Source: Octopus bimaculoides
Taxonomy: Eukaryota
Reading direction: 5' to 3'
Assembly (NCBI RefSeq): GCF_001194135.2
Contig: NC_068991.1
Location: 53,206,741-53,247,393 of the forward strand
Length of the DNA: 40,653 nucleotides
Positions 10,213-22,601 of the stretch are shown piece by piece (positions within the stretch are counted from its first letter, which is position 1; each line of letters starts with the position of its first letter). The translations under genes were made by a program, and so were the position numbers. The notes below the pieces were generated by a model. It was not told where the DNA came from, did no database searches, and saw only the letters and a program-made list of their open reading frames with translations.

Positions 10213-11639
10213 TTTACTTATATTCAAATATATGTATCCACAGTATACACTTCAAATAGCAGGATTATTAAGGTAATTTAATTTATAAAATACTAGGCTA
10301 AGAAGGCTTTCTGTCACTGATCTAGTTTATTATTTGTATATAACAAGTGTTTTTGTGTTGACCAAATTATTTTCTTGATAATATATTTTATGTGTGAAGT
10401 GAATGTTATAGAGATGGCTATACAACTCCTACTAAGTGGAATTTTAATGTATTTTTATGCATTGTATTCCATGTATTTTATGTGTTATGGGAATGTTATA
10501 GAGGTGTGTATACAACTCATAATATGTAATATATCTATGTATATTTTATATTGTATTTTATGAGTGACAGAGATGTTGATAGGATCGTTATGTAAAGATG
10601 TGTATGTTGTACAGAGGTATATTTGCCACTCCTGTGTGTGGTACAATATAATTCCGTTGTTGAGTGGGATGGTTAGTTTTATTTGGTATTACTTTGTGTT
10701 GTTGGTAAGAAAGGGAGTGGTTATTCTTGACTACCCTCAGGCAAAGCCTGATCAGACACACCTATGACCAAAGATATTACATTGTTTGAGGGGCATATAG
10801 GAATACATTATCCAATATGTGCTTTCCTTATAACAGGTTTTGGTTTAAGAAAAAATTGCTGCAATTTCTAATATATCGTGGAACAATGTAGAGGCTTCCT
10901 CGTTAACTCAACATGGTTCAGCAGATGCTATTTATAGTCTAGGGCAAATATGAGGAAGTGGTGATGGTCTTGTGTTGATAATGACTGGTCGGTAGAAGAG
11001 AATGATGAATTCATTTACCTCAAGAAATGTAGAATTAATGTTTCAAGCCTTGCTCTATGTATGAGATAAATAAAACACGAGTGACAGGTTAGTAAATGAG
11101 GAAGAAATTACATTTAAAAGAGTGATGTGGAGATGAGGAGTATAATCAAAAAAGAAGTGGTATCAGAGAGTCAGGCATCAAGGGTGGTAAATGAACAAAA
11201 CTGAGATTGAAGAGGAAGTTAAAAGATCCAAGGCTCCAACCAAAACAAAAAGAAAGAAAGTGGACTGTAAAAGAGAAAGGGAAAAGAGTAAATTAAGGAA
11301 GTAGAAGAGGACAAAGAGCAATTCCACCTGAAAATAATTATTCACAAATCTGGACACACCCATGCACTCACATTCACAAACATTCAGTTTAGGCGTACAT
11401 TTTGAAATTTTGAATGAATAGAAAGAAAAAAAAAAGAGGAAATTGTTTATCTTCAGTAGTAAGTATGATTATTTATAAACATAACTCATAAGAACAGATT
11501 CCTGCATATGCATATACATATACATATATACACAATCAACATACCTCAAAAGAATGTACTCATGAATACACATAAATACACACCTGTATATGCATTTATA
11601 TATATACACATTCAAGATACCTCAAAAGAACACACCAAC

Positions 11640-11925
11640 CATCATCATCATCATCATCATCATCTTCATCATAATCATCAATTAACGTCCGTTTTCCATG
11701 CTGGCATGGGTTGGACGGTTTGACTGAGGTCTGGTATGCCAGCGGCTGCATCAGGCTCCAATCTGGTCTGGCTCAGTTTCTACAGCTGGATGCCCTTCCT
11801 AACGCCAGCCACTCTGAGAGTGTATTGGGTGCTTTTTTATGTGCCACCGGCACAGGAGCCAGTCAGTGGGTATTGGCATTGGTCACGATTGGTTGGTGCT
11901 TTTTACGTGCCACCAGCATCGGAGA
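11640..11925 (-). mobile_element. RTE 3' end (tail plus about two UTR repeat units)
   Basis: (CAT)n then TTAACGTCCGTTTTCCATGCTGGCATGGGTTGGAC; colinear with 827-1100. Confidence 0.85.
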
Positions 11926-12167
11926 CAATGCATATGTACATATATACTCTAATTTTCAGGTACAAATACAATACTCATATAAAAGTATACTCATAGACAC
12001 ACATATACATATAGAGAATATAGGCAGACCTGCCTATATTTTATATTTTCTAGAATAATTAATTCAGGTATTTTATAATTTAAGATTTTCCCTTTAAGGA
12101 CATTGTTCTAGAAACTTCTGAAATGTTCCCTTGTTCAATTGAGTTATATCTCTTCTGTCAGACGACA

Positions 12168-12168
12168 A

Positions 12169-12251
<83 letters not shown>
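12168..12251. repeat. Long perfect (CAT)n microsatellite
   Basis: Directly visible. Confidence 0.95.
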
Positions 12252-12252
<1 letters not shown>

Positions 12253-12650
12253 TTATGTTTGTTCTTCACTGCAGGCATGATTAAAAGTCCCTTTCAAGCC
12301 ACATAGCTCTGGGTGCATTCTCACCATGTGGCTCCTTGGGGAAGTCTTGGGTTGACCAATATCATGTGAGTAGGAATTTGATAAACAGAAACTGAGTGGA
12401 AGCCAGCCATATATCCTCCTCCGTCATCTCTGCCTGTATATATTGAAGTCTGTAAATGTTTTATAATTTTCATACAATACATTTCTCTATTATTATCTAT
12501 ATTAGTGTCTGTAATTAGATATTCTAAATAAATTTGTAAAATAGTTACGTAATATTTAAATACCTTTTAACAACTTTTATTGTCAGGAAAGGAGGCATTA
12601 CAATAGATACCAATATGTGCCTTATGAACACATTTCAACAGTGTACGGAC

Positions 12651-12678
12651 TGGGCCAAAGGCTGGAAGGCCCACTAGT
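12651..12678 (+). mobile_element. Possible Helitron 3' terminus
   Basis: TGGGCC-11 nt-GGCCCA hairpin immediately followed by CTAG|T; no 5' end identified. Confidence 0.4.
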
Positions 12679-12704
12679 ATATATATATATATATATATAT
12701 GTAT

Positions 12705-13278
12705 CATAGGCATGCAGTCCATGGAAGCAAGCGAAGCATTGCTTTCCTTAAAAATTATAGAAACAAAATTGAAACTATATTACTTATTTTCATAAGATTG
12801 TTCGTCTAATGTTATGTAAAATTAATATAAACTACATGACATGGGCTTCAGACTTTTATTGTCGGAATTAGCATGAGACAATAAGCAGTGGTAGACAACA
12901 CAAAAAGTCTGTGCAAGGGAAGCAACAAAAGCTGTTGCATCCTTTTCAATGTAATATTTTCCGATAAAAATGCCACAAAGACAACTTTTTTCTAGTAAGA
13001 GCTCATAATGAATAGTTTTAGATGCTAATAAATACTTGTACACTTAGATTAAGTTTCTGTCAATTCACAATACCTATGATATATATAATCTTATGTTGTT
13101 TTGTAACACTTACATAGGAAAAGGGAAGCAAGTTGACATTCTGCTTCCATCAGAAAAACGGTGAAAAAATATTTTTAAAATAGCTGTATAATATGAACAT
13201 GTCAATTTGATTCAAATATCTATGAGAGAAAATTTTGGTCATTGCTTCCCCAGCTAGAAAGATCACCGCATGCCCCTG
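12705..13278. mobile_element. Probable hAT-type non-autonomous DNA transposon (MITE)
   Basis: Imperfect TIRs CATAGGCATGCAG / rc CAGGGGCATGCGG (10/13); GGAAGCAA at 12723, 12918 and 13124, with the reverse complement at 13242; flanked by (TA)n. Confidence 0.55.
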
Positions 13279-13418
13279 ATATATATATGTATGTATATAT
13301 ATATATATATGTGTGTGTGTGTATAGAGTGTTAGGTGGAAATATGCAGTGACAGAAAATTCAAAGTGTTTCCCTTTTACAAATGTGCATGGGACGGTCTG
13401 CAATGCTGAAAAGCAATG

Positions 13419-13633
13419 GAACTACATTTCATCAAAAAATTCTCACCAAAATTGAACGCTTAAAAGAAAAGTGGAGACAGTATATTTTGTATTCTAAAAT
13501 ATAGCTTAAATATTGGAAACATAATGCTCATCTCTGAAAATATTCAGAACTACATTTCATCAAAAAATTCTCTCCAAAATTGAATGTTTGAAAAAAAAGC
13601 AGAAACAGTACATTTTGTATTCTAAATATAACT
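13419..13633. repeat. Two diverged direct repeats of about 87 bp, offset by 128 bp
   Basis: GAACTACATTTCATCAAAAAATTCTC at 13419 and 13547. Confidence 0.85.
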
Positions 13634-13764
13634 ATACGAGGAGAAAGAGAGAAAAGGAGGAAAGAGGACAAAAAAGGAAAAAAAGGAAGAAAAGGAAAAA
13701 GAAAGAAGGGAAGAAGGGGTAAAAAAGAGAGAAAGAAAGCAAAAAGACTTTCAGTGATGACCAT

Positions 13765-13835
13765 GGACATATAGCGTAGTAGTTAAGAACGCAGGCTACT
13801 AACCCCAAAATTCTGAGTTCGATTCCAGGCAGTGA

Positions 13836-13892
<57 letters not shown>

Positions 13893-14090
13893 TAATAACA
13901 ACAACAACATTGAAGAATACTTTCGGAATGAGAACCCAGGTTCGAAATTTCCCCAAGACACCTGATGAAAGCTGGAGGTTATATCAGCCGAAACGTGTTA
14001 ATAATAAACAAGATGAGAACAAATATCTGTCAAATGTAAATAATGTAAATAATGTACATAATTCGTCATCTCTTAAATATAGAACTGTAA
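13765..14090 (+). mobile_element. SINE-like composite: tRNA-like head, (AAT)n, hammerhead motif, tail
   Basis: A box TAGCGTAGTAGTT (13772), B box GTTCGATTC (13817), (AAT)n at about 13840-13890, CTGATGA..GAAA at 13962-13993; ends at (TA)n. Confidence 0.7.
13957..13999 (+). ncRNA. Minimal type I hammerhead ribozyme motif, probably decayed in this copy
   Basis: GACAC-CTGATGA-A-aGCTG(gaggttatat)CAGCc-GAAA-CGTGTT: conserved core boxes, stem II GCTG/CAGC, palindromic ACGT helix III, helix I GACAC/GTGTT. The cleavage triplet appears to be deleted. Confidence 0.65.
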
Positions 14091-14231
14091 TATATATATA
14101 ATCAGTAAGAAAATGTAAGAAACCAAAACTCAATGTAACTAGTCTTATGCAAAGCCATGTTCACTTCCTCTGCCTTCAGAACAAGTTAATAAAATGAAAT
14201 TTAAAAAATTGTTTGCACTCTGTGTATTAGT

Positions 14232-14740
14232 GGAACATCACTGAGACAAGTGGAGAAGTTTCAGTATCTTAGGGCCATATTCATGAATGATGGGAAGCCA
14301 GAGGCTAAATTGAATGTGAGAATTGCAACTGATGACACAGTACTGCACCAGTTCTAGCATTCAATACACAGAAGAGAGATTGATAAGAAATCCAAACTTG
14401 CTATCTCCATTTCAATTTGCATGCCTATCCTCACCTGTTGTCATAAATGTTGGGTAATGACTGTAAGAGCATGAATGTGAATAGAAGCAGCTGAAATGGT
14501 GTTTCTGCAAAGGGTCTCTGGAATAACGTTACTTGACGGATTGTATAATTTGGGAATTAGTGGGCCTCTCCAAGTCAAGCTGCTACTTCTCCATTTTGAC
14601 AGGTCACAATTCAAGTACTAAGGATATGTGATTAGAATATCCCAGGAAAGAAACACAAGATGTCTTCTTCAAGCCAAATCAAATGGTAATAGACGTAGGG
14701 GTAGACTAAGAATGAAATGGTTGGATAATATCCAGTCTCA
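14232..14740 (+). pseudogene. Old RTE (Expander/Rex3-like) RT C-terminal relic with multiple stops
   Basis: VEKFQYL..LNVRIA..KKSKLAI..PILTCCHKCWVMT..IEAAEMVFLQRVSG..*GYVIRI..RRRGRLRMKWLDNI in a single frame; absent from the ORF track. Confidence 0.85.
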
Positions 14741-15600
14741 GTTGGTCACATTTGGGAATCCAGGTGGAAAGTCTAATGATAACTGCTTCTGATAGGAGAT
14801 ACTCAATGGAGGAGGGACCCCTACAACCCTCCCAGGAACAGAAGACAATTGGATAAATGGTTTGATTATACTCTTCTTAAACTAATTGAATTAAAATTAC
14901 TAAACTAGAAATTTAATTGTGCAAATGTTAATCAGTCAGCCTTTCCTTTATTTAAAGAGCTCAATGTTCATTTAAATATTTATGTAATCAAATATATTGG
15001 TTATATTTTGTAATGTTTAACAGTATTAGCATAATTTGTCACACAAAAATTACTTTTACGTATCAAGATCTGAATGTTGGCAAACAGTTTATTGTAAACA
15101 AATTTTGTTGTTTGAAAATTTACATTATAAACTGTCAAAACTAAATAATAATACCACCAACCACCTCTATTGCTACTGCAGCTGTTATGTTCTTTATACA
15201 CACTACTTGGGGAGATCATATTTGTGGTTCATACCCTAAGGCTATTTTTTTTTTTTTTTTTTTTTGTTTAGACTTCCTAGGCTAGATTTACAGAGCTGCT
15301 TATTTTATATGTGATTAACTTTATATTTGAAAAACATTATCGTGTTCCACCCATAAGGAATTGGTCAGAGATTATTCCATGCAACATTTTTTAGTGAAAA
15401 ATGTGACAAAAATAAGCTGAGAAATGTTAGTTTTTCCAGTGTTTCTCCTAAAATTTGATTGATTGCAACAAATATTTGGGTCTATATATTCACCTCTAAT
15501 CATGCACAGTAATTAGTCCCACTATCATTACTTTCTGATTAGCTACTCTGATTGATTTGTATAAGCATTTATAATGAGAATCAACCAACAACAATGATAT

Positions 15601-15789
15601 TATCATCATTATTTACCATCCATTTTCCATGCTGGCATGAGTAGGATGGTTTGACCAGAGCTGGTAAGGCAAGGGGCTGCACCAAGCTCTATTGTCTGTT
15701 CTTGCATGATTTCTACAGCTGGATGTCCTTCCTAATGCCCCAGAAACTGCAGTGTGTACTTGGAGCTTTTTTTATGTGGCACCAGCACC
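15601..15789 (-). mobile_element. Decayed RTE 3' tail
   Basis: CATTTTCCATGCTGGCATG..TTTCTACAGCTGGATGTCCTTCCTAATGCC. Confidence 0.75.
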
Positions 15790-16196
15790 GTTATCAATTC
15801 TGCTGTGGTGGCTGGGTCTTCTTGAGTACAGCAATATGCCAGATATCTCTATCTTTAGTCATCTTCTTTGTAAGCGTCAGTATCTTGAGATCGGTCTTCA
15901 ATATTCAACCATAAATGAGATAAGGTCAATTATTGACATAGGCGCAATTTTAGAGGTGAATATAGTTGATTAGATCAACTTTAGTACTTGACTTGTACTT
16001 ATTTTATTGAATCTAGAAGGATAAAAAGCAATTTTGATTGTAACAGTTGATAAAAAAACACCTCCGTTAGATACAGGTTTTAAATTTGCTCAATCATAAC
16101 TGACCTGGGACTTTGTAATCCTCAAAGTAACAAATAGATAATTAAAAACTTATTTATTAAATATAATATTGAACATATATGTGGTGTCCCTTAGTG

Positions 16197-16495
16197 CAGT
16201 GCTACTCAAAGTAGGGTCCACGGACTGGTGCCAGTCCATGAGCCATCAGCTGCTGGTATGTGGCGAGTTTCCAGAAAGAAACATTATAAAATGCTTATAA
16301 AATGCTTATGTAATATTGTATTATTTGTTCACAAAATAAATATAAGATAAAAAAAAAATTGTCAACTTATATAATATTCATTATATATATTATTTCTGGT
16401 ATAAATTAATATTACTAAGAAATATTACCAATCCCTGGTACATTGAAAAAAAAAAAAATACCGGTACGCCACATCAGATAGTTTGAGAAGCACTG
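16197..16495. mobile_element. hAT (Charlie-like) MITE
   Basis: TIRs CAGTGCTACTCAAA / TTTGAGAAGCACTG; 8-bp TSD CCTTAGTG / CTTTAGTG. Confidence 0.88.
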
Positions 16496-18146
16496 CTTTA
16501 GTGGATAGTTAATGCAAGGGAAATAGTAATTTCTCCATAGTATCTGGTGGAATTAGATCTTTAAATTTTAAATTAAGGAACAAGGTAAAAAATGCATGCG
16601 TAGAACACACATTTTATTTTTCCTTCTTAGTTAGATTTTAAATAGACACAGAGATACTTTGAACAACATTACTCTGAAATAACTAGACCAAATGTGGCAA
16701 TGTTCAATGCAGATCTACCATCTTTTTTGTATAATAATCATATATTTGAACCAACACATTGAAAAAACTTAATGCAAGAGAAACAAAAAGAAAATCTTTT
16801 CTTCAAATGAGCGAAAGTATGGTTGTGTGATGAAGAAATTTGTTTTGGAACTGTGTGAATGCTACTCTATAGTAATTTGCCTGGATGTCCCTTCTGTTTT
16901 AGCCTCGCATCAGCCAAAGTCTTGTTAGTTGAAATTTAAAAAAGTAACTGTGTGCAAGCTTGTTAGAATTATTCCTATTCTTGGTTTAGCTCTGCCTCCT
17001 GGCCCATGAATATTTCTAGTAGAGTTCAGTCAGTTGCAGGACAGGTCTTCATTCTGAAGTCTTCATTCACTCATTAGTCACAGAGGTGCTGAAAGATGTC
17101 AAGCTCAGTGATCTCCGCCCTCTGACTAAGTCATTTAAAAAAAAAAACGTCATAAATAACTGAATTTGTTTTATACAACTACTGTTTATGGGTTCCAATA
17201 TTGGAAAAAAATTGTGTTACTATGTCATTATGACTTTCAACATATTTTTCTATTTTATATTTTGTGTAACTGATTTCATTTTCTCTGTAATCCATATTTT
17301 TGTTGTTCTATTTTGTTTTTGTTTTATTTTATTTTTGTTGTATTTTATTTTACATTTAATCCACAGCTTGTCCTGTCAACTCGATGACAAGGCAAAATTT
17401 TATAAAAATAAACAGAAAATCAATTTTTTCACCTAGTAATCTTTGATAAAAAAATTCAAACATTGTAGCTTCAGTAGCATATTTGTGAGATCCCAGAGAA
17501 AATATATCCAAGCAAATATATTAGGTGAAAATTGAGGCATGTAAACATTTGCTAGTTGAAGACATTGGAATGTGGGATTGATTCTATAAGTGCAAAGTTA
17601 AATGAATTCTATTTTGATATTATAGCAGATATAGTACTGTAAATCAGGGCCATTGTAGCAGCATTACAGGCCCATGGGCAAATCAAATGCCTAAGATTAT
17701 ATAGTATTTATTTATTAACAGCAAGCCACTGCAATACATAGGTCAGCACCCCCCGGGACAACTGTCCAGTGTTCTTATACTTAGAGACAACAATATGTAG
17801 AACAGAATTAATACTGTAACAGTGTATTGTGTGCTTTTATTGAGGAGAAGGTTGATGTGAAAGGATGGAAATGTTGGAAAAATTGTTGAAGTGTGAATGA
17901 AGTTGTTTGAAAGATTAATAGTAGATGAATAACTAACCAAATTTTCATTAAAAGAATTGTGATTAGAAAATTGAAATTAAAATGGTTGGTAAATAGTTTG
18001 TAAAATCATTTTTAAATCAATGATTAGTGAAGTAAGTGTTCTAATGGTGAAGTCAGTGCTGTACAAATAATCTCACAATTGTACTAAATGGTCAAGCAAT
18101 GTAAGATAGGGGTTCTAATAAAACACACATATTAGAGAAGAGATAA

Positions 18147-18152
<6 letters not shown>

Positions 18153-18188
<36 letters not shown>

Positions 18189-18535
18189 TATCATCATCAT
18201 CATCATCAGTGTTGTTGTTGTCATCATCATTGTCATTATCACCATCGTCGTCGTCATCATTGTTGTCATCATTGTCATCATCATCATCATTGTCGTTGTC
18301 ATCATTGTCGTTGTCATCATTGTCATCATTATCATTATTATTGCCATCATCATCATTGTCGTCATCATTTGGTCGTCATCATCATTGTCGTTGTAATCAT
18401 CATTATCACCATCATCATTGTCATCATCATCATTGTTGTCATCATTGTCATCGTCGTCATCGTTGTCATCGTCATTGTCATCATCATCATCATCATCATT
18501 TAATGTCCATTTTCCATGCTGACATGGGTTGGACT
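18153..18535 (-). repeat. Expanded, cryptically simple (CAT/CGT/TGT)n array continuous with an RTE tail stub
   Basis: About 350 bp of CAT variants, then TTTAATGTCCATTTTCCATGCTGACATGGGTTGGAC. Confidence 0.85.
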
Positions 18536-18674
18536 ATGGTTCACTTAATAGCAGTTTAACATCAGTTTCCCCAGTGATGTAGTAATAATTACTGTAAGAT
18601 ATAAACCACTACTGGAAATTCATAATGGAACTTGAAGTTTTAAGATTTCCTTACCAACAAGAAATATATCTTTA

Positions 18675-18884
18675 TCATTTCCTTGTTTCTGTCATTGAAC
18701 TGCAGCCATACTGGAGCATCACCTTGTAACATTTAGTTGAACAAATTAACTTCAGTTCTTATGCTTTTTAAGCCTGATACTAATTCTGTCAGTTGCTTTT
18801 GCTAAACCACAAAGTTGCAGGGGTGTAAACAAAATAACACCAGTTGTCAAGTGATGGTAGAGACAAACACAAAGACACACTTAC

Positions 18885-18933
<49 letters not shown>

Positions 18934-19145
18934 CATGCACACAGGCAGACAGACATATATATTATAGACAGACAGACATATATATTATGGGCTTCTGCAG
19001 AGTTCTCATTTGCCAAATTCCCTCATAAGGCATTGGTTGGCACAGGACTATAATAGAAGACACTTGCCTAAGGTGGTGCACAGTGGGACTGAGCCCAAAA
19101 CTACATCATTGCAAACTGTCTGACCTTCTTAACCACACAGCCATA
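18675..19145 (-). mobile_element. Family C SINE
   Basis: Colinear with 4420-4876, including the internal (CA)n. Confidence 0.8.
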
Positions 19146-19399
19146 GGTTACAATAGCAATATGACATGTTGTTAATGAACAATGACACACTAACTGAATT
19201 CCATTATTAACATTCATCTATGTATTGTATTATTTGTACAAGAATCACATTATCTGACCAGTTAACAATGGGCTCACAACAAAATGTCACAAGAGGAATA
19301 AACAAAAATAGTGACTAGTCTATGTTTCATGATATTTACGACAAGGAAACTGTTGTTAGTATTATTATTGTTGTTGTTGTTGTATGTGTGTGGTGGTAG

Positions 19400-19610
19400 T
19401 GCTTATCTCCAGGTCAGGCTTGATCCTGCTAACTTATGAAAGATATTTCAGCCATGATTATACTATTTAAAAAAAATAACATAGATATCTTGGACTACAT
19501 TGTTTTGTGTGTCTTTCTTTGTTTAAGACAGTAAAGTGTAATTTGAGAGAGATTTGGCTACTACTTCTACCAGATTAAACAACCACATAGATACTGCCCC
19601 TTGACATAGT
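19400..19610. mobile_element. Highly decayed interspersed repeat; weaker relatives at about 10730-10900 and 2920-3110
   Basis: Shared degenerate motif order (CCAGGTCAG..CTATGA..ACTACATT..GATTTGGCT.CTA.TTCTA) judged by eye. Confidence 0.35.
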
Positions 19611-19649
19611 ACTTTTTAGATTTTCAATACACTGTCTATACTTCAATGA

Positions 19650-20172
19650 AATGCGTGGCCTAGTGGTTAAGGTGTTACACTCATGATTAGAAGATTGCAG
19701 TTTCAATTCCTAGACTGGGCATCGTGTTGTGTTCTTGAGCAAAACACTTCATTTCATGCTGCTCCATTTCAGTCAGCTGTAAATGACTTATCCTGTAATA
19801 GACTGGCATTCCATCAGATGTAATGTCATGATTTTGGTTACTTATATGTCATGGAGACCAGGTGGAGGTACGTGGCTTAGTGATTAGGGGTGTTGGACTC
19901 GTGATCATAAGATTGTGGTTTCGATTCCTGAACCAGGCACCATATGTTCTTGAGCAAAACACTTCATTTCACATTACTCCAGTCCACTCAGCTGGTAAAA
20001 ATGAATAATCTTGCAACAGACTGGTGTCCCATCTAGGTGGGGAATTTATATACCGTGAAACTCGGAAACTGGCCCTTATGAGTCAGCATGATTCAAGAAG
20101 GTAACTTTACTATTTTTTTTCTTAACCATAGAAACCAGGTAACCAGCCTTATGAGTCATTGGGCTCAAGATG
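19650..20172 (+). mobile_element. Older family E SINE, split by a younger family E copy
   Basis: Head and body at 19650-19863; resumes at 20127 with GAAACCAGGTAACCAGCCTTATGAGTC. Confidence 0.75.
19864..20126 (+). mobile_element. Full-length family E tRNA-derived SINE with a 14-bp TSD
   Basis: GGAGG..TGGCTTAGTGATTAGG A box, GGTTTCGATTCC B box; TSD CATGGAGACCAGGT (19850-19863) / CATAGAAACCAGGT (20127-20140). Confidence 0.85.
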
Positions 20173-21352
20173 ATAATATCTAGGAGTTGATGATGTTATA
20201 TAATTGTGCAGATATGGTTTCTTGAAATCTCCAAGATCTCCACAAGGACTTAACATCATGAGCCTCTTCAGTCCCTGGTATGCTATTGTCAAAGAATTGA
20301 ATAAAAAGGTTTGAATGAATAAATTTGTATGAAAAAATGTCATATTTTAAAATCTCAGCTTTGTCTTAGAAACTTGATTAGTTTTCTTTGTAAATATCAG
20401 TGCCAATACCAAGAACTGATACTTTTATAAAGTTTTAAATGCCTTCAATTTTAAATGACTTTTTCCTTGTACTTTCTGTAATAAGTAAGGCTGACCTTGA
20501 AAGACTGAGATGATTAAGGTAAGAAGTTTATTTTATATTCTAAAGAAGTAGCGCTGTGTGCTTTGGGTTTGTTATCATTTAGAATACCTACTTCTTATTT
20601 TTCTGCTTAGATTTTGCATATTTCTAGAAAAGTTCTCCAACAGACTTGGTTAGTTTCAAATCTGTTACATTAGTTGTTTTGTGACTATTCTAAGATAATT
20701 TTACATTGATTATATCTCACATAATTATAGTAATTTTTTTTCTTTTCACTATATGTTGTTGCTAAGAGATGCCAAAATTGGTGCTGTTTGAAGATTACCT
20801 CCTGGTAGGCTCTTCATGGCAATGAAATAAAAGTGGAGGTTCTAGATAAGCAGTAACCCAATCAGATATCACATCAACTAAGAATAAAAAGAGGAAGGCA
20901 GCAGCGAAAATGTTTTATTGGTTTTTAAACTCAGATGTTTTATCCTATTCATTGACAATAAACCTCCAAACAACCAGTTCCTGAATGGCCAATTATCTCA
21001 GATCTTTTTCTAATACTGACCTCACCAGAGAAATTATTGGTTATTAAAATATCTGTAGATAGTTATAGAAAAGAATGGTGTCCTGTTGGATACTTTTAGT
21101 AGACTCTCCTGATCTTGGTGCTTATGTGAATTTGATAGAATTGTGATGATTGTAACAAACAACTTTTTATTACTTGCATAACTTGAGGATGCACTTTGAC
21201 ACATCTTCACCACCATCTTTTCTTTTTTCCAACTGGGGTAGCCACATATCTCCCCTCTCATCACCTAGCATTAAGCCACTTCCCACAATGCTACACCCCA
21301 CCCCTCATTAGTTGAAGTGGAGACTTGTCTTCCAAGTTACTTGGAGACCTCA

Positions 21353-21525
21353 CTAGTACCAGTGTCATATAAAAAGCATCCAATACACTCTATAAAGTGG
21401 TTGGCGTTAGGAAGAGCATCCAGCTGTAGAAACTATGCCAATGCAGACATTGGTATTTGGTGCCAGCTCCTGTCAGATTGTCCAATCCATACTAACATGA
21501 AAAGTGGACATTAAAGAATGCTGAT
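21353..21525 (+). mobile_element. Decayed RTE 3' tail
   Basis: GTGGTTGGCGTTAGGAAGAGCATCCAGCTGTAGAAAC..AAAGTGGACATTAAA. Confidence 0.75.
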
Positions 21526-22601
21526 ACATTTGTCTCTCTTACTCTTTCAAAAACCATAAATCAAACTTACCACAATGGAGTCTCCCTAAACACGAAGGAC
21601 AGATATTTTCAGATTATGAGAGGTACGATTCTTCAATCTTTTATCTTTACCAGAAAAAGTTAAGTCGGAAGAGGAAAAAGTTTTTATCAATGCATTGCTA
21701 AAAAATTCTCTCTTCACAACTGAAATTTCTCAACCCTAATCAAATTCTTCCTAAAATTTTGAGAAACTCATTTTCTTCTACAAATCAATCTTAATATGTT
21801 CTGTTTGCAGCACCTTGCCTGCCAAAGCCATAATTTTGGTGACTGTTTTACATTCAATTACACACTTAACATAAATTAATTTTTATCTATTTCTCATTTC
21901 TCTTTTATATTAGCTCAACATTTAATTTCTTCAGAAACATTTTACTCTCTTGGTTTTTATAAATCCTCAGAATGTCTGAAACATTACCGATTATTCTCAA
22001 AGAATGCCTTCCAAAAGTAATTTTCTGGTTCTATGAATCTGTCTGGAATCATAGAAGCATACAATTGTATCATCCTATCCCTACAAAATATGACTCTCTG
22101 GTCCTTGCATATCTAAAGCCATGAAAACCATTATTAATGAATAATCTGACTTCAATAAGTCAGTAATAATGCTTGAACGGGAACCATTTCACTTCATTTG
22201 TCTCATATATCATGAACTTTGGACATTGCTTGTTCTCAAACACAATGATATAAAATGATAAACAGATTGACATGGGGCAGTCAAGGAAGTGAAAGAAAAA
22301 GATACACACACACACACACACATTTATATGTCTATATGTATATATACACATACACACACATATACATCGTGGATGTGTATTCTACTTTCAGTTATTGTTT
22401 ATTGGAGTTTGATTTTTGATATAGTTAACCAAATTTGTTTAAAACTGAGTGCTTTATTGATATCTGCCTTGATTTTTTTAATCCCTTTTTTTCTTATTAT
22501 ATATGTTGCTCCAACATGACTGCAGCTGCATGGCTGAAATAAATATATTCATAAATAAACTTAATTATTTATAATATATCCTCTGTAATGTTTTATTACG
22601 A

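Noticed and set aside
13765-13838. Functional tRNA gene (also SINE heads at 19864, 22602 and 31863)
   Set aside because: Acceptor and T stems pair poorly and the heads continue into repeat bodies.
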